Shown in pieces: positions 32,935-42,964 of a DNA stretch of 63,847 nucleotides. A program made the translations under genes and the position numbers. Location of the stretch: positions 1 through 63,847 of the forward strand of contig NW_013657655.1 of assembly GCF_000142905.1 (NCBI RefSeq), read 5' to 3'. Source of the stretch: Thecamonas trahens ATCC 50062 (Eukaryota; Protista; Apusomonadida). The notes under the pieces were generated by a model. It was not told the origin of the DNA, ran no database searches, and was given only the letters and a program-made list of their open reading frames with translations. Numbering within the stretch: the first letter of the stretch is position 1; each line of letters starts with the position of its first letter.

Positions 32935-35211
32935 ATGTCGTTGCTGGCGCTTGTGAGGAAGAACTTGCTGGTGGCGAGCCGCAACAAACGATTCTGGGCA
33001 ACGCTCGTTGTCCTCCCGCTCATCCTGGCGGTAGCCGCCGGGCTGGTCACCAACTCGGTCTCGTTTCTCAACGTCTCTCCCTTTGCCATCACATCGCCGG
33101 CTGTTTGGGGAGACCTTTCTCCGTCGACCAAGCTGCCTATTCTGCTTGATTCGCCTGTGGTTGACTCGATCGAGTGGCGGAAGCAGTTCTGGTCGCGGTA
33201 TCCGCACGTCACGCCGGCACCTGATGGCGTCCGCATCTTTGCCAACATCTCTGACCTCGCGGCAGCCGAGTTTGACTCGCACGCCAACGACACTACCTTT
33301 CCGGGCGGGTATCGGGTGCACAATGCGAGCGGATCGCTGGAGGAGGTGACCGCGGTGACGGTGACGGTGATGTACGCGCCGGACTCGCCGCTTGTTCTCC
33401 CGTTGATGGTCAAGGATCTGGTGGCGACGGTGCTGGCGTGGCGGACCGGAAACGAATCTGGCCCTGCACCGGTGCTCCGGGAGACACAAGCGCCAGTGAA
33501 CAACAAGCATGTGGATGCTGCTTTTACTTGGGGCCTCTTTGGCCCGCTGATGATGTCGTACGCCATCGGCTTCTTTGTGGCCGGCTACACGACGGTCATT
33601 GTCGACGAGAAGGTGTCGGGGACCAAGGAGCTGCTGCTGCTTATGGGCTGTCCCATCGGTACATGGTGGGCCTCGTTCTTTGTGGTACACTACGGGATCT
33701 GGCTCGTGGTGGCGGGCGGCTCGCTCGGCATCGTGTACAGCTTCGGGCTGGTGGTGGTGACGAACAACACCGTTCTGGCGCCGGTACTGTTTCTTCTTGT
33801 CTCCGGTGCGGCGCTCATTCTCTGCTCGTACTTGCTCTCGTTCCTCTTTGACACGGCCGAGAACTGCGCTCGGGTAGTCCGGATCATTGTCTCGCTGATT
33901 GTGATTCTCCCGTACGTGCTGATCACGGTCATTCTGCACAACCCGTCGTCGCCTGCTCTCCAGACGGCGCTCTGCGTTCTTCCGACGTACGCGCTCTACC
34001 GCGGCTGGACACTTCTGGGACTGTACATCTACACCCGAGCCCCGATCACGCCTGGCACACTTCTTGCGGCGCACAATCAGCTTATACAGCTCATTGGTGT
34101 TCAGCTGGCGGTCTCTCTGGGCGCAGCGCTGGCCATCTATGTGCTCGACATGCGGTCGCGGGCGGCAGCGACAGCGTCGTCGATGGTAGCGGCCGATCCA
34201 GAGAGCGGTCCGTGCGAGCTGCCTGCGACAGCGGATGCCGACGTTGTAGCCGAGGCGGTGCGAGTTGCTGCAGCGGAATGCTTGGACCCGCTGCGGGTTG
34301 TGGGCGTGACCAAGGCGTACGGCTCGGGCGAGGAGCGAAAGGTGGCGAACAAAGCTGTCTCGTTTGGCATCGCGCAGTCCGAGGTGTTGGGCATTCTCGG
34401 ACCCAACGGTGCCGGCAAGAGCACGTTGCTCAAGATTGTCTCTCGAGCGCACGCCCCGGACTCTGGGGCGGTGGTCCTCGACGGCAGGCTAGGGGTGTGC
34501 TCCCAGCAAAACTCGCTGTGGGACGAACTGACCGGGCGCGAGCACCTGGAGATCTTTGCGGCGGTCAAGGGCGTGCCGAGCGCAGCTGTGCCGGCGGCGA
34601 TTGCCGAGCTGGCCGAAGTGACCGGTCTGGCCGAGCACCTTGCGGCGCGGACCGAGACGTACTCGGGTGGAACAAAGCGGAAGCTGGCGCTGGCGCTGGC
34701 TTTTCTAGGCGATCCGCCGGTGGTGACGCTTGACGAGCCGTCGTGCGGGCTCGACCCTGCATCGCGGCATGCCATGTGGTCGATCATCCAGGCGCTGCAG
34801 CCAGGAAAGACAATCCTGCTCACGACGCACGCGATGGACGAGGCCGAGGCGCTCTGCTCGCGGGTGGCTATGCTTGTTGGCGGTGAGCTCAAGTGCATCG
34901 GCCCGATTCAGCACCTCAAGTCCAAGTTTGGTGCGTCTGTGAGGATCGAGGTTACGGCGCCAGACGATGTTGCGGTCGACGCCATCCAAGCCGATGTCGC
35001 AGCCGCGTTTCCCGCAGCCCGACTCGACCACGAGCACTTTGGCACGCTCGTGTACTCGATCCCGCGGGCGACAGCCGTGCTCCCAGACCTGCTGCGGACG
35101 CTTCTTCACGCTGTAGTCGACGTCCACAACGTTGTCGACTACTCGATCTCACAGTCGTCGCTCGAGCAAGTGTTTCTCCGGCTTTGTCGCCAAAGCGAAG
35201 ACGATGCCTGA
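32935..35211 (+). CDS. ABCA-type half transporter (TMD-NBD)
   Basis: LVRKNLL, DEKVSGTKELL, GPNGAGKST, YSGGTKRKLA, LDEPSCGLDP, TTHAMDEA, SLEQVFL. Confidence 0.95.
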   Translation: MSLLALVRKNLLVASRNKRFWATLVVLPLILAVAAGLVTNSVSFLNVSPFAITSPAVWGDLSPSTKLPILLDSPVVDSIEWRKQFWSRYPHVTPAPDGVRIFANISDLAAAEFDSHANDTTFPGGYRVHNASGSLEEVTAVTVTVMYAPDSPLVLPLMVKDLVATVLAWRTGNESGPAPVLRETQAPVNNKHVDAAFTWGLFGPLMMSYAIGFFVAGYTTVIVDEKVSGTKELLLLMGCPIGTWWASFFVVHYGIWLVVAGGSLGIVYSFGLVVVTNNTVLAPVLFLLVSGAALILCSYLLSFLFDTAENCARVVRIIVSLIVILPYVLITVILHNPSSPALQTALCVLPTYALYRGWTLLGLYIYTRAPITPGTLLAAHNQLIQLIGVQLAVSLGAALAIYVLDMRSRAAATASSMVAADPESGPCELPATADADVVAEAVRVAAAECLDPLRVVGVTKAYGSGEERKVANKAVSFGIAQSEVLGILGPNGAGKSTLLKIVSRAHAPDSGAVVLDGRLGVCSQQNSLWDELTGREHLEIFAAVKGVPSAAVPAAIAELAEVTGLAEHLAARTETYSGGTKRKLALALAFLGDPPVVTLDEPSCGLDPASRHAMWSIIQALQPGKTILLTTHAMDEAEALCSRVAMLVGGELKCIGPIQHLKSKFGASVRIEVTAPDDVAVDAIQADVAAAFPAARLDHEHFGTLVYSIPRATAVLPDLLRTLLHAVVDVHNVVDYSISQSSLEQVFLRLCRQSEDDA

Positions 35212-35328
35212 GTCTCGCCCCGCCCCCGCCCCCTGTCGACGATCATGGTCAACCACATACACGCCCCTCCTCCCACCAGCCCGAGCCAAAGCCCACCACC
35301 AATAGCCGCAATCACAATGGCAATCACG

Positions 35329-35441
35329 ATGGACGATCACCCCCCAAAGCCCCGCAACTCCGCCACAGGCCGCCACCGCGCCAACGAACACGATCATGAT
35401 CATGATCAAGCAGCAAACACCCCTCCCCACCCCCACCCCCC

Positions 35442-35487
<46 letters not shown>

Positions 35488-36261
35488 AGCACCGACAAGC
35501 CAGCAGGCACGAAAAGCGGAACAGGTAGAGGCAACAGCAACATGCATGTGATACTCCGGATGGTTGTGAACGTTGTGTTTGGCCCCTTTGTGGCTGCGCA
35601 GTACCACTTCCCCTTTGGCTCTGATCAGATCGAAGGCCTTGCGGGAGTGTTTGGGAGTCATGGTCATCGACAATGGCGACTTGCCCTGCTCATCATCTGG
35701 TACATACCGCTACTCATTGCGCCACCATTTATGGTATATGCTCAATCGGTATTTCCTTCCATACCAAACTTGACCTCTATCTTTGCATATCTCTACTTTA
35801 TCTATCTCTCTTGTGCTCCGCTACCCTTTGTCCTCTTTCCCTATGTCTATGCTTGGCAAGGTTGGTCTCTGGCCATGTGCCTCCACTCGCTCCGCGCATG
35901 GCGAAATCAAACATCATCAACAAGTGCAACAACAAGTACAAGTACAACAAATACAACAAGTACAACAACTCCAAGAGCTTCTTCTTCTCCTCCTCCTCAT
36001 CCTCATCATCCTGGTTCGTCACCACTTGCTCATCGCCAGGCTGCCAAGCCGTCTTCTGCTGATGCTCAGAGTGTCATCCAGCCCATCCATCCGCCGCACT
36101 CGGTCCCGCCGGCTATGAAGGCCTTCTCTGATGCTGCAAGGAAGAGAAGGGCCCAGCAATCGAGCGGGATCTCCCCCGTGCCTCGGACTCGAACGCTTTG
36201 TCGTCGTCTTCGATCGTCTCAGCTTCGGCCTCGGCGTCAGCCTCAGCTTCAGCCTCATTGA
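35329..36261 (+). CDS. Hypothetical membrane protein segment, possibly the 5' part of the gene at 36491
   Basis: Two to three hydrophobic helices, (PR)n encoded by (CCACGA)7, and low-complexity Ser/Thr tracts; frame continuity unclear. Confidence 0.35.
35443..35484 (+). repeat. (CCACGA)7 tandem repeat
   Basis: Read directly from the sequence. Confidence 0.9.
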
Positions 36262-36490
36262 CCTCGTCGTCGTCGTCGTCTACCTTGGACGAGTCAGAGC
36301 GAAATAGTCCACTTTCGAGCTCGAGGCTGGTCTCCAGCCGGCCGACGTCGAGCTCGTCGTCGACGGCCTCGTACAGCTTTGACCGCCCCACTTCAAGCTC
36401 GTCGTCAGAACCTGCGTCGTCGGAGCTCCCGCAGCGGCTAGTGGTAACGTCGGCGCAGGGCTCAGCCTCACCGCAGGCCCGACCCAGAGC

Positions 36491-38479
36491 ATGTACCCGG
36501 AGCAATCAGCCACCATGTCGTCGCTGCGCTCGCGCGGCAAGGCAGCCATCACTGCAGAGGTCCTGCTGAAGGGTCTCCACCGCGACCGCCCTGTCGTAGA
36601 GTACGACGGCGACCGGCGCAAGATCCGCGACTACCACGTCACCGTCTTTAACGCTTCGCGCAAGCTCCACCTGCTCTACCCGCAGTCGGATGCGCCCGAC
36701 GCGCTCCCCCGCCCATGGTACGCCCGCATCCGCTGGGGCAACATCGGCATGCTTTTTGCCCTCCTCTGGCTCCACCTTCTCTTCCTCGCTTTTCCACTCG
36801 GTGACGACGTGCCGTGGCAAGGCAAAGTGGTCAACTCGTACATGCGCTCAACCTTTCAAGTCCTCACGCTCTCGGCCCAGCAGGCCTCGTCTGAGCTTCA
36901 GTGGGCCTCAATCGCCTTTATCGGTGCCCTCATCACCGCCTTTCTCATCACCCACGCCTACCTCTTTACACGCGTCCAGGACCTGTTCCTCTCCGGCCCC
37001 GCCGCCGCTGACTCGGCCTCGGCCTCACCGCAGCCCTCGCCAGACCGTGAGCCACCAAGCCCGCCACCGTCCATCAACCGCGCCATCGCCACCATGTCCT
37101 CGTTTCCAGACCTCCGCGTTGCCACTCTCCGCGCCTCGGGTGCCGCCATCGTCAAGCCGCCGCCGGCCGCAGTGAGCTCGGCCGACGAGCAGCAGGAGGA
37201 GCCCGTGCTCAGGTCGTCTCCGCGAGCAAACCCAGACGCCGGCCCGCACCTCACTGTCAACACCTCGCTACGCCGCAGTAGCAGCGATGGCTCCGCCGGT
37301 GAGCTCACACGCTCGATCCGGACCTTCAACGTGACCACCGCCATGAAGTGGGTCTTTAAGCCCGAGCCGACGGTCATGCTTGTCGCCATGCTCATTTTCT
37401 CGCGCAACTTTGCTGCCGTTACCTCGTGCGTTCCGCTCGACGGACAGGACCCATCCGACACCCGGCTCTACCTCCACTTTGACCCGGAGGTCCAGTGCTT
37501 TGCCGGCATGCACCGCATCTACTTTGTGGCCACTCTCTACGCCCTGCTCTTCTCATACCCGCTCTTCCTCGCCGACGCGCTCCACGTCTACTTTGCCGAC
37601 CTTCTCGAGTTCGACGGGCTTGAGCCCAAGTATGCGCCACAGGCCATCGTGCTTGAGAAGATCATCGTCACTATCCTCGGCGCCATCTCGGTCACCTGGT
37701 CCGACTCGCCGGCTCGCCGGCTGTGGTTCTTTAAGGCTGCCGTGCTGGCCGTCATGGTCATCACTGCCGTGACCCGGGCCAAGGACTACCGCTGCCTCCT
37801 TCGTCCGGGTCAAAACCTCGAGTACGGCCGCTCGGGCGTTTTCCTCGCCTGTTCTGTCGCCTGGGTCGTCATCCTTCGCCTCTTTCTCTTCCTCCTTGCG
37901 CTCTGCTCGGGCGTGGCCGCGCAGACCGCGGTGGCGCTCGACGATCCGTCGTCAAGTTTTCCCACCCTTGTCTTCTCGGTTCTACTTGTCATCTCGGTCG
38001 CCGTCTTCGCTGCCATCTCCATCTGGTGGTACCGCCGCGAGACGCCGTTTGAGCACGCCATGGAAGACGACCCGCCAGTCACCTACTACCAGTACCGCGG
38101 AGGCTGGCGCTCGCCGACCTCGGCCATCGTCGCCGCCGACGCCGGCGCCTCGCCGGTCGACACCCTCGACGACGGCGGGCCCATCGCAAAAGTTGCTCTC
38201 GACCTCAAGCCGCGTTCGCTCGTCCAGCAGCGCGTCTCGTCGGTCGGTCTCGAGCTCGGTGCGTCCTCTACCGCGGCTCAGTTCCAGCCCATGAGCTCGC
38301 AAAGCTCGCCAGTCTCACTCGCCTCCTTTGGCGCCTTTGCCCACACCTCGTCTCGCCTTAAGCTTTCACCGCTCGTCACCCTCGCCACCCACGCTGGCCT
38401 CGACGCTACCCAGGAATCGGACGCCCACTCATCGCGCCCGCCGTCGCCGCGCTGGCCTGAACCTCCGCGATGGGTCTAG
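36491..38479 (+). CDS. Multi-pass membrane protein of unknown function
   Basis: About 7-8 hydrophobic segments and a C...YLHFDPEVQCF..MH motif typical of protist multi-TM C-terminal modules. Confidence 0.65.
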   Translation: MYPEQSATMSSLRSRGKAAITAEVLLKGLHRDRPVVEYDGDRRKIRDYHVTVFNASRKLHLLYPQSDAPDALPRPWYARIRWGNIGMLFALLWLHLLFLAFPLGDDVPWQGKVVNSYMRSTFQVLTLSAQQASSELQWASIAFIGALITAFLITHAYLFTRVQDLFLSGPAAADSASASPQPSPDREPPSPPPSINRAIATMSSFPDLRVATLRASGAAIVKPPPAAVSSADEQQEEPVLRSSPRANPDAGPHLTVNTSLRRSSSDGSAGELTRSIRTFNVTTAMKWVFKPEPTVMLVAMLIFSRNFAAVTSCVPLDGQDPSDTRLYLHFDPEVQCFAGMHRIYFVATLYALLFSYPLFLADALHVYFADLLEFDGLEPKYAPQAIVLEKIIVTILGAISVTWSDSPARRLWFFKAAVLAVMVITAVTRAKDYRCLLRPGQNLEYGRSGVFLACSVAWVVILRLFLFLLALCSGVAAQTAVALDDPSSSFPTLVFSVLLVISVAVFAAISIWWYRRETPFEHAMEDDPPVTYYQYRGGWRSPTSAIVAADAGASPVDTLDDGGPIAKVALDLKPRSLVQQRVSSVGLELGASSTAAQFQPMSSQSSPVSLASFGAFAHTSSRLKLSPLVTLATHAGLDATQESDAHSSRPPSPRWPEPPRWV

Positions 38480-38540
38480 CTTTACTATTGTAGTCGCACA
38501 CACCCCGCGCGAGCGCTGTGGTACCCTCGGCTGCTTACCT

Positions 38541-38972
38541 TCATCGTACCACCTTGAGGTCGGCCACAAACTCGAGGTCCATGGCCGAAAAGACCACCAC
38601 CTCGAAGTAGTTGTCGCTATCGGCCATGGCCTCCCCAATCTTGGCGTAGAGCTGAGTCTCGGGCTCGACCCGCAGATCCGACCGCTCTTCGTCGCGCGAG
38701 TCCATGACCGTGAGGAAGCCCTCGTCATCCATCGCGATGAGCGCGTACTGGACGAGCTTGACCTCGGGTAGCTTGACTCGCTGGTCGCCCGAGAGCTTGT
38801 GCTCGAACCGCCGCCCCGTCGCCACCTCCTCCAGCATGAGATTGCACTTGGTGTGCCCGTGCTTGGCCGGCGCCGAGAGCACGTTGGCCACCACCTTGGC
38901 GATCCTATCCTTCATCACTACCACGTCGCGGTTTTTGACGCTATGCGCGAGCTTAAAGTTGAACGTCGACAT
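38541..38972 (-). CDS. EIF5A: Divergent eIF5A-like translation factor
   Basis: 143 aa; SAPAKHGHTKC hypusine-loop homolog, LPEVKLVQYALI, DEGFLTVMD, RSDLRV, VFSAMD. Confidence 0.85.
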   Translation of the reverse strand: MSTFNFKLAHSVKNRDVVVMKDRIAKVVANVLSAPAKHGHTKCNLMLEEVATGRRFEHKLSGDQRVKLPEVKLVQYALIAMDDEGFLTVMDSRDEERSDLRVEPETQLYAKIGEAMADSDNYFEVVVFSAMDLEFVADLKVVR

Positions 38973-39202
38973 TGCTGAGTGTTGTTCGCTTCGATGAGTT
39001 GCAGTTGTTGCTGCTAGCAAAATCAACCGAGTGGTGTGGCCAGCGCGCGTTTTTGCTTCGTCCCACCGGAAACTTCGGAGAGGCGAGCAGCAGGCACCAT
39101 GGACCGCGGCTCTCCGCACATTCCCACAGAACACACACTGCGGACGCCGCAGCTTTTCTTGCAGTGCAGCTTTTACTTGCCAGCAACAACAGCTTGCCCA
39201 CT

Positions 39203-42200
39203 CTACTGCGACGATGACGGCGCGTCGGCATTGCTGTCACTACTCAAGAGCTCAGCATACGCGGCGCGCTCTTCGGCCGTCTGGACGTGGATGGCGAGCG
39301 CGACTTCAGTGTTGGCCTTGGAGGCAGCCGCGTGCTCGGTGGCGGCGGCGGCGGCGGCGGCGGCGGCCCGTGCCTCGGCTCGCGCCAGGTCGCGAGCAAC
39401 AACAAGGTCCCCATCGCGAAGGTACCATGGAGTAGCGTTGAGGACGGCGGCGCCGTCGACGTCCCAGGCGAGGGCTTCAGCACCGACCTCGTCGAGCTGG
39501 GTTCGATAGTAGAGCTTGGCGACTGCGACGGCGGGAAGGCCGTGAGCACTGGCGAGCGCCGCCGCGAGGTCGTCCTTGGTCGCGGTGGCAGCGATGGCGA
39601 GCTCGAACGGACCGTCGAGGGTATCGTCCTCGGGCGCGTCACCGAGGACATGCACATAGGTGTCGAGCAGAATCTGGCCCGGGAGCAGCGCCTCGTCGGC
39701 GTCGAGAACGTTGACAACGACGTCGACTGCATCGGTCTTGGCGTAGCGCTCAGGCAGGTTGTCCGCAAGACTGGCGTCGGGCTGCGAGAGGATGTGGGCT
39801 ACCTTTTCGCCAAGAAGCTCGCGAAGCCGGAGCCTTGGAGCGACAGCCAGTTGCCCGGTGCTGGGCAGCGCGGCGGCAAGGTCGGCGGGGAGGATCGGAA
39901 CGAGCGCAGCCTTGACTTTGGCCAGGGTTGCGGCACGCGCGACGACAAGTTCGCCCACAGGCAGGTATGGGAACGAGGCCTTGTTCTCCGGGTTGTGGTC
40001 CGAGTTGGCGACGTGGACAACAAGGGCGACCTGGCCCGGCTGGACCGACCGCCCGGCCTCGGCCCAGAGCGATGAGCCGGTGTAGAGGCCAAAGTCCGCA
40101 AGCGGCGCGGTGTCGATGGCCTCGGGCGCCATCCGGCGCTGGCGGAGCCTGATGTGGGACGACGCCGGCTCGCCGCCGAGCAGCTCAGAGAGGCGAGCCT
40201 TGAGCTCGCCGACGGTCTCACGGAGGTCGACCGGAAGCAGGGCGTCCGCCTCGCGCTCGGCGCCAACTCGCGGTGTGCGCTCGCCCAGCGCCGCCGCCAC
40301 CTGAGCCGCAAGGCCGCCGCGGACTCGGACAGTCACAGTGTTGCGCATCTTCTCGAGCCACTCGAGAGTGGCCGCCCGCTCCGGCGACGGGTCGACAATG
40401 AGAGTTGAGCCCGGCACGATGCGGAGGCTTGCGATGACCCGGGTCGCCCCGTCGACCGAGTCGAGCCAGGTCACGGCATCGGCGCCGGCGCCGAGCTTGC
40501 CCATGTGGCTGGCGGTGAGTAGGCTGCCCTTCACAGCACCTCCCACCGACGCTACCAGCTCGTCCGCAGTGTAAGCGCGTGCGGCGGCAGCATCCTCAAA
40601 GTCGAGAACGTGGAGGACCGGCGGGCTCAGCTCGAGCGTCTCGGCATCAAAAACGAGGAGCGTAAGCGTGAACGACTCGGCCGGCGGAAAGACCTCACCA
40701 GGCGCGCGCGTCTCGAGAACCAGGTGTATGTTGGAGTGGAGAGGCAGGTTGGCGAGTAGCGTGTCGTCGGAAGCGATGAGTGGCGCACCGGCAACGCCAT
40801 CGGCGGTGTCAAACGGGCGGAGGCGGGCGGCAGCGCCAGGGGACAACACAACGTCGAGCGCAGTGAGGACGCGCTCAATCAGCTGAGCATAAGAAGTGGT
40901 CTTGGCGAGCGAGATCGATGTGGTGGCCGCGCCGTACCGGACGTTGAGGAGAAGTACCTCGGATGCGGCCTTGAACTGGGCGAGGAGGCCGGCGTGGACG
41001 GTGTTGGCGTCAGCCACGAGCTTGGCGAGCGGCGATGGAAGAGCGACTGGGTGGCGGCTGGCGGTGTCGGGCAGAGGGTGTGCGGCGCGCCAGGCGGCTG
41101 AGGCGCCGACCGAAGAGTACAACAGCATGTACGCGTTGGCGCCGACGAGCTTGTTAGCCGTCTCGTCGTCTGGGTCGTGGCCGTACGCCTTTGCGACCTG
41201 CTCCCATGTCGCCGGCTCGACAACCGAGTCGTTGTAGTGGATCCAGCCTGACGGCGAGCCGTCGGGCGCGGTGGCGCAATAGCCGTAGTAGTGGCCGCCC
41301 ATGGCGCCGCCGGTGTGGACGAGGACGGCAGTGAGGGCGTAGACGTGAGGCAGCGCGGCGAGGTCGGCATCGGGCGGAGGCTCATAGTCGAGCGGCGGAT
41401 GCGAGGCCCGCTCACCGCGAAGAAACTGCGAGCGGGCTTCGGGGGTATAGGCCTCGAGGTCGAGGTAGCGCGGAAAGGCGACGCGATGGTTGAGCTTGAC
41501 CTTGCGGAAGGTGACCGGCGAATAGGTGAACCGCTGGAGCTGGATAGAGAGGACGGGCGGGAGCGAGAGGAGCTTGATGCCCTTGGCGGCATCAACCTTG
41601 TCCTCGCACACGCTGCAAGCGTATTGGTTCTCGCCACGGAGCAGCTCGGGAGCGAGGTAGGTGTCAAGGGCTGCGTAGACCGAGTCAACATCCTGTGTGG
41701 GCAGGTTGAGCTCGACGTAGCTCTGCTCGGTCGCCGAGTGGTTCCCGCACCTCCCGCAGTGGACAAACGACTCGCCGGCAAAGTGGAAGAGGTTGGTAGG
41801 CGAGGGAAGAGCCTTGCGCGGGTAGATCTGGTCGAGAGCGTCAAAGAGAATGCGGCAAAACTCTTGGACGTCTGACTGAGCAAAGTGAGCAGGAGTGTTC
41901 CAACCAAAGGCATGTGTCAGAGACATGGTAGCGACGGCCTTTCTCTCTGAACCTTGCAGATGAGCAAAGAGCAGGGCAAGTTGATGAGGAATGCAACGTT
42001 GCGGAGAGCCATCGACATAAGGATCATGAACAAAGTCATAAACTCCTGCCCGAAACGATGGCAACCAGAAAAGAGCTTGCAACAACGAGTTCATGTAGCA
42101 TGTAGCGCCTGCGTTGGTGAGACCGACCAAGCCTGTCTCTGACTGCTTTGCAATAGCCACTCGAAGTTCTCCATCACTCAGTTCTCCTCCAAACACAGCA

Positions 42201-42445
42201 CGTGCATCTGCAAGTGTGCTCGCTTCCGAACTTGGCGCTTTGTATTTTTTCCGCCATGCGTTTGGCAACTTTTTCAACCCGCCGCCGCTGCTGCTGCTGC
42301 CTGCCGTGCCTGACCCACCTGGTCCCGGTGGCGGTGGTGGTGGTGGTGGCATGCCTCCTCCTCCTCCTGGGACTGGTGGTGGTGGGGGGGGTGGGGGTGC
42401 CACAGGTAGCCCTGGTGGTGGCGGGGGTGGGGGAGGGGCAGACAT
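39203..42445 (-). CDS. Ubiquitin-specific protease, USP47/USP40-like, with poly-Pro N-terminus and C-terminal Ubl-like repeats
   Basis: Cys box GLTNAGATCYMNSLLQ, AFGW...QSDVQEFCRILFDAL, LQRF, His box VHTGGAMGGHYY, YNDS, NAYMLLY. Confidence 0.92.
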   Translation of the reverse strand: MSAPPPPPPPPGLPVAPPPPPPPPVPGGGGGMPPPPPPPPGPGGSGTAGSSSSGGGLKKLPNAWRKKYKAPSSEASTLADARAVFGGELSDGELRVAIAKQSETGLVGLTNAGATCYMNSLLQALFWLPSFRAGVYDFVHDPYVDGSPQRCIPHQLALLFAHLQGSERKAVATMSLTHAFGWNTPAHFAQSDVQEFCRILFDALDQIYPRKALPSPTNLFHFAGESFVHCGRCGNHSATEQSYVELNLPTQDVDSVYAALDTYLAPELLRGENQYACSVCEDKVDAAKGIKLLSLPPVLSIQLQRFTYSPVTFRKVKLNHRVAFPRYLDLEAYTPEARSQFLRGERASHPPLDYEPPPDADLAALPHVYALTAVLVHTGGAMGGHYYGYCATAPDGSPSGWIHYNDSVVEPATWEQVAKAYGHDPDDETANKLVGANAYMLLYSSVGASAAWRAAHPLPDTASRHPVALPSPLAKLVADANTVHAGLLAQFKAASEVLLLNVRYGAATTSISLAKTTSYAQLIERVLTALDVVLSPGAAARLRPFDTADGVAGAPLIASDDTLLANLPLHSNIHLVLETRAPGEVFPPAESFTLTLLVFDAETLELSPPVLHVLDFEDAAAARAYTADELVASVGGAVKGSLLTASHMGKLGAGADAVTWLDSVDGATRVIASLRIVPGSTLIVDPSPERAATLEWLEKMRNTVTVRVRGGLAAQVAAALGERTPRVGAEREADALLPVDLRETVGELKARLSELLGGEPASSHIRLRQRRMAPEAIDTAPLADFGLYTGSSLWAEAGRSVQPGQVALVVHVANSDHNPENKASFPYLPVGELVVARAATLAKVKAALVPILPADLAAALPSTGQLAVAPRLRLRELLGEKVAHILSQPDASLADNLPERYAKTDAVDVVVNVLDADEALLPGQILLDTYVHVLGDAPEDDTLDGPFELAIAATATKDDLAAALASAHGLPAVAVAKLYYRTQLDEVGAEALAWDVDGAAVLNATPWYLRDGDLVVARDLARAEARAAAAAAAAATEHAAASKANTEVALAIHVQTAEERAAYAELLSSDSNADAPSSSQ

Positions 42446-42964
42446 GTTCACTGTGTCAACACGGTGCGACAAGTGGTGCCGAGTCGTTGTGTGCTGGGTG
42501 GTGGGTGGGGAAGGGGGGGGGGGGGGAGGGCGGTGGTGAGGGGCAAACCGAATGATGGGTGAAATGGAACGTTGGCTCGATGAGGGGAGAGGAGGGAGGA
42601 GAGCGGAAAATTTTGAAATGCAGAGATTGAGAGTTTGATTTTGTTTTGGCTGGATAGAAAGGCTTGCTGGTGAGAGGTGGTATGAAAGGTAGCGCGGTGA
42701 TAAACTGCGCCCCGAACTGTGCGCTAAAGGTGGTTAGGAGGGGGGTAAGGGGAGGTAAAGGACCGACAGTGGAGGGGTGGGGGGATGGGGGATGGGGGGG
42801 TGAAAAAAATTGGGAGGTGAGACAGATGGCAGGCTCTCCTATAGCGGGCCAATGATGTGATGCTTAGGGGAGCAACGAAGCAGGTGAGACTGAGTGAACA
42901 TACATATGTCGCAGGTAGTTGGGTTGAATGGATGTGAGGATGGATTCTAAAGGCGAAGGGTGGT

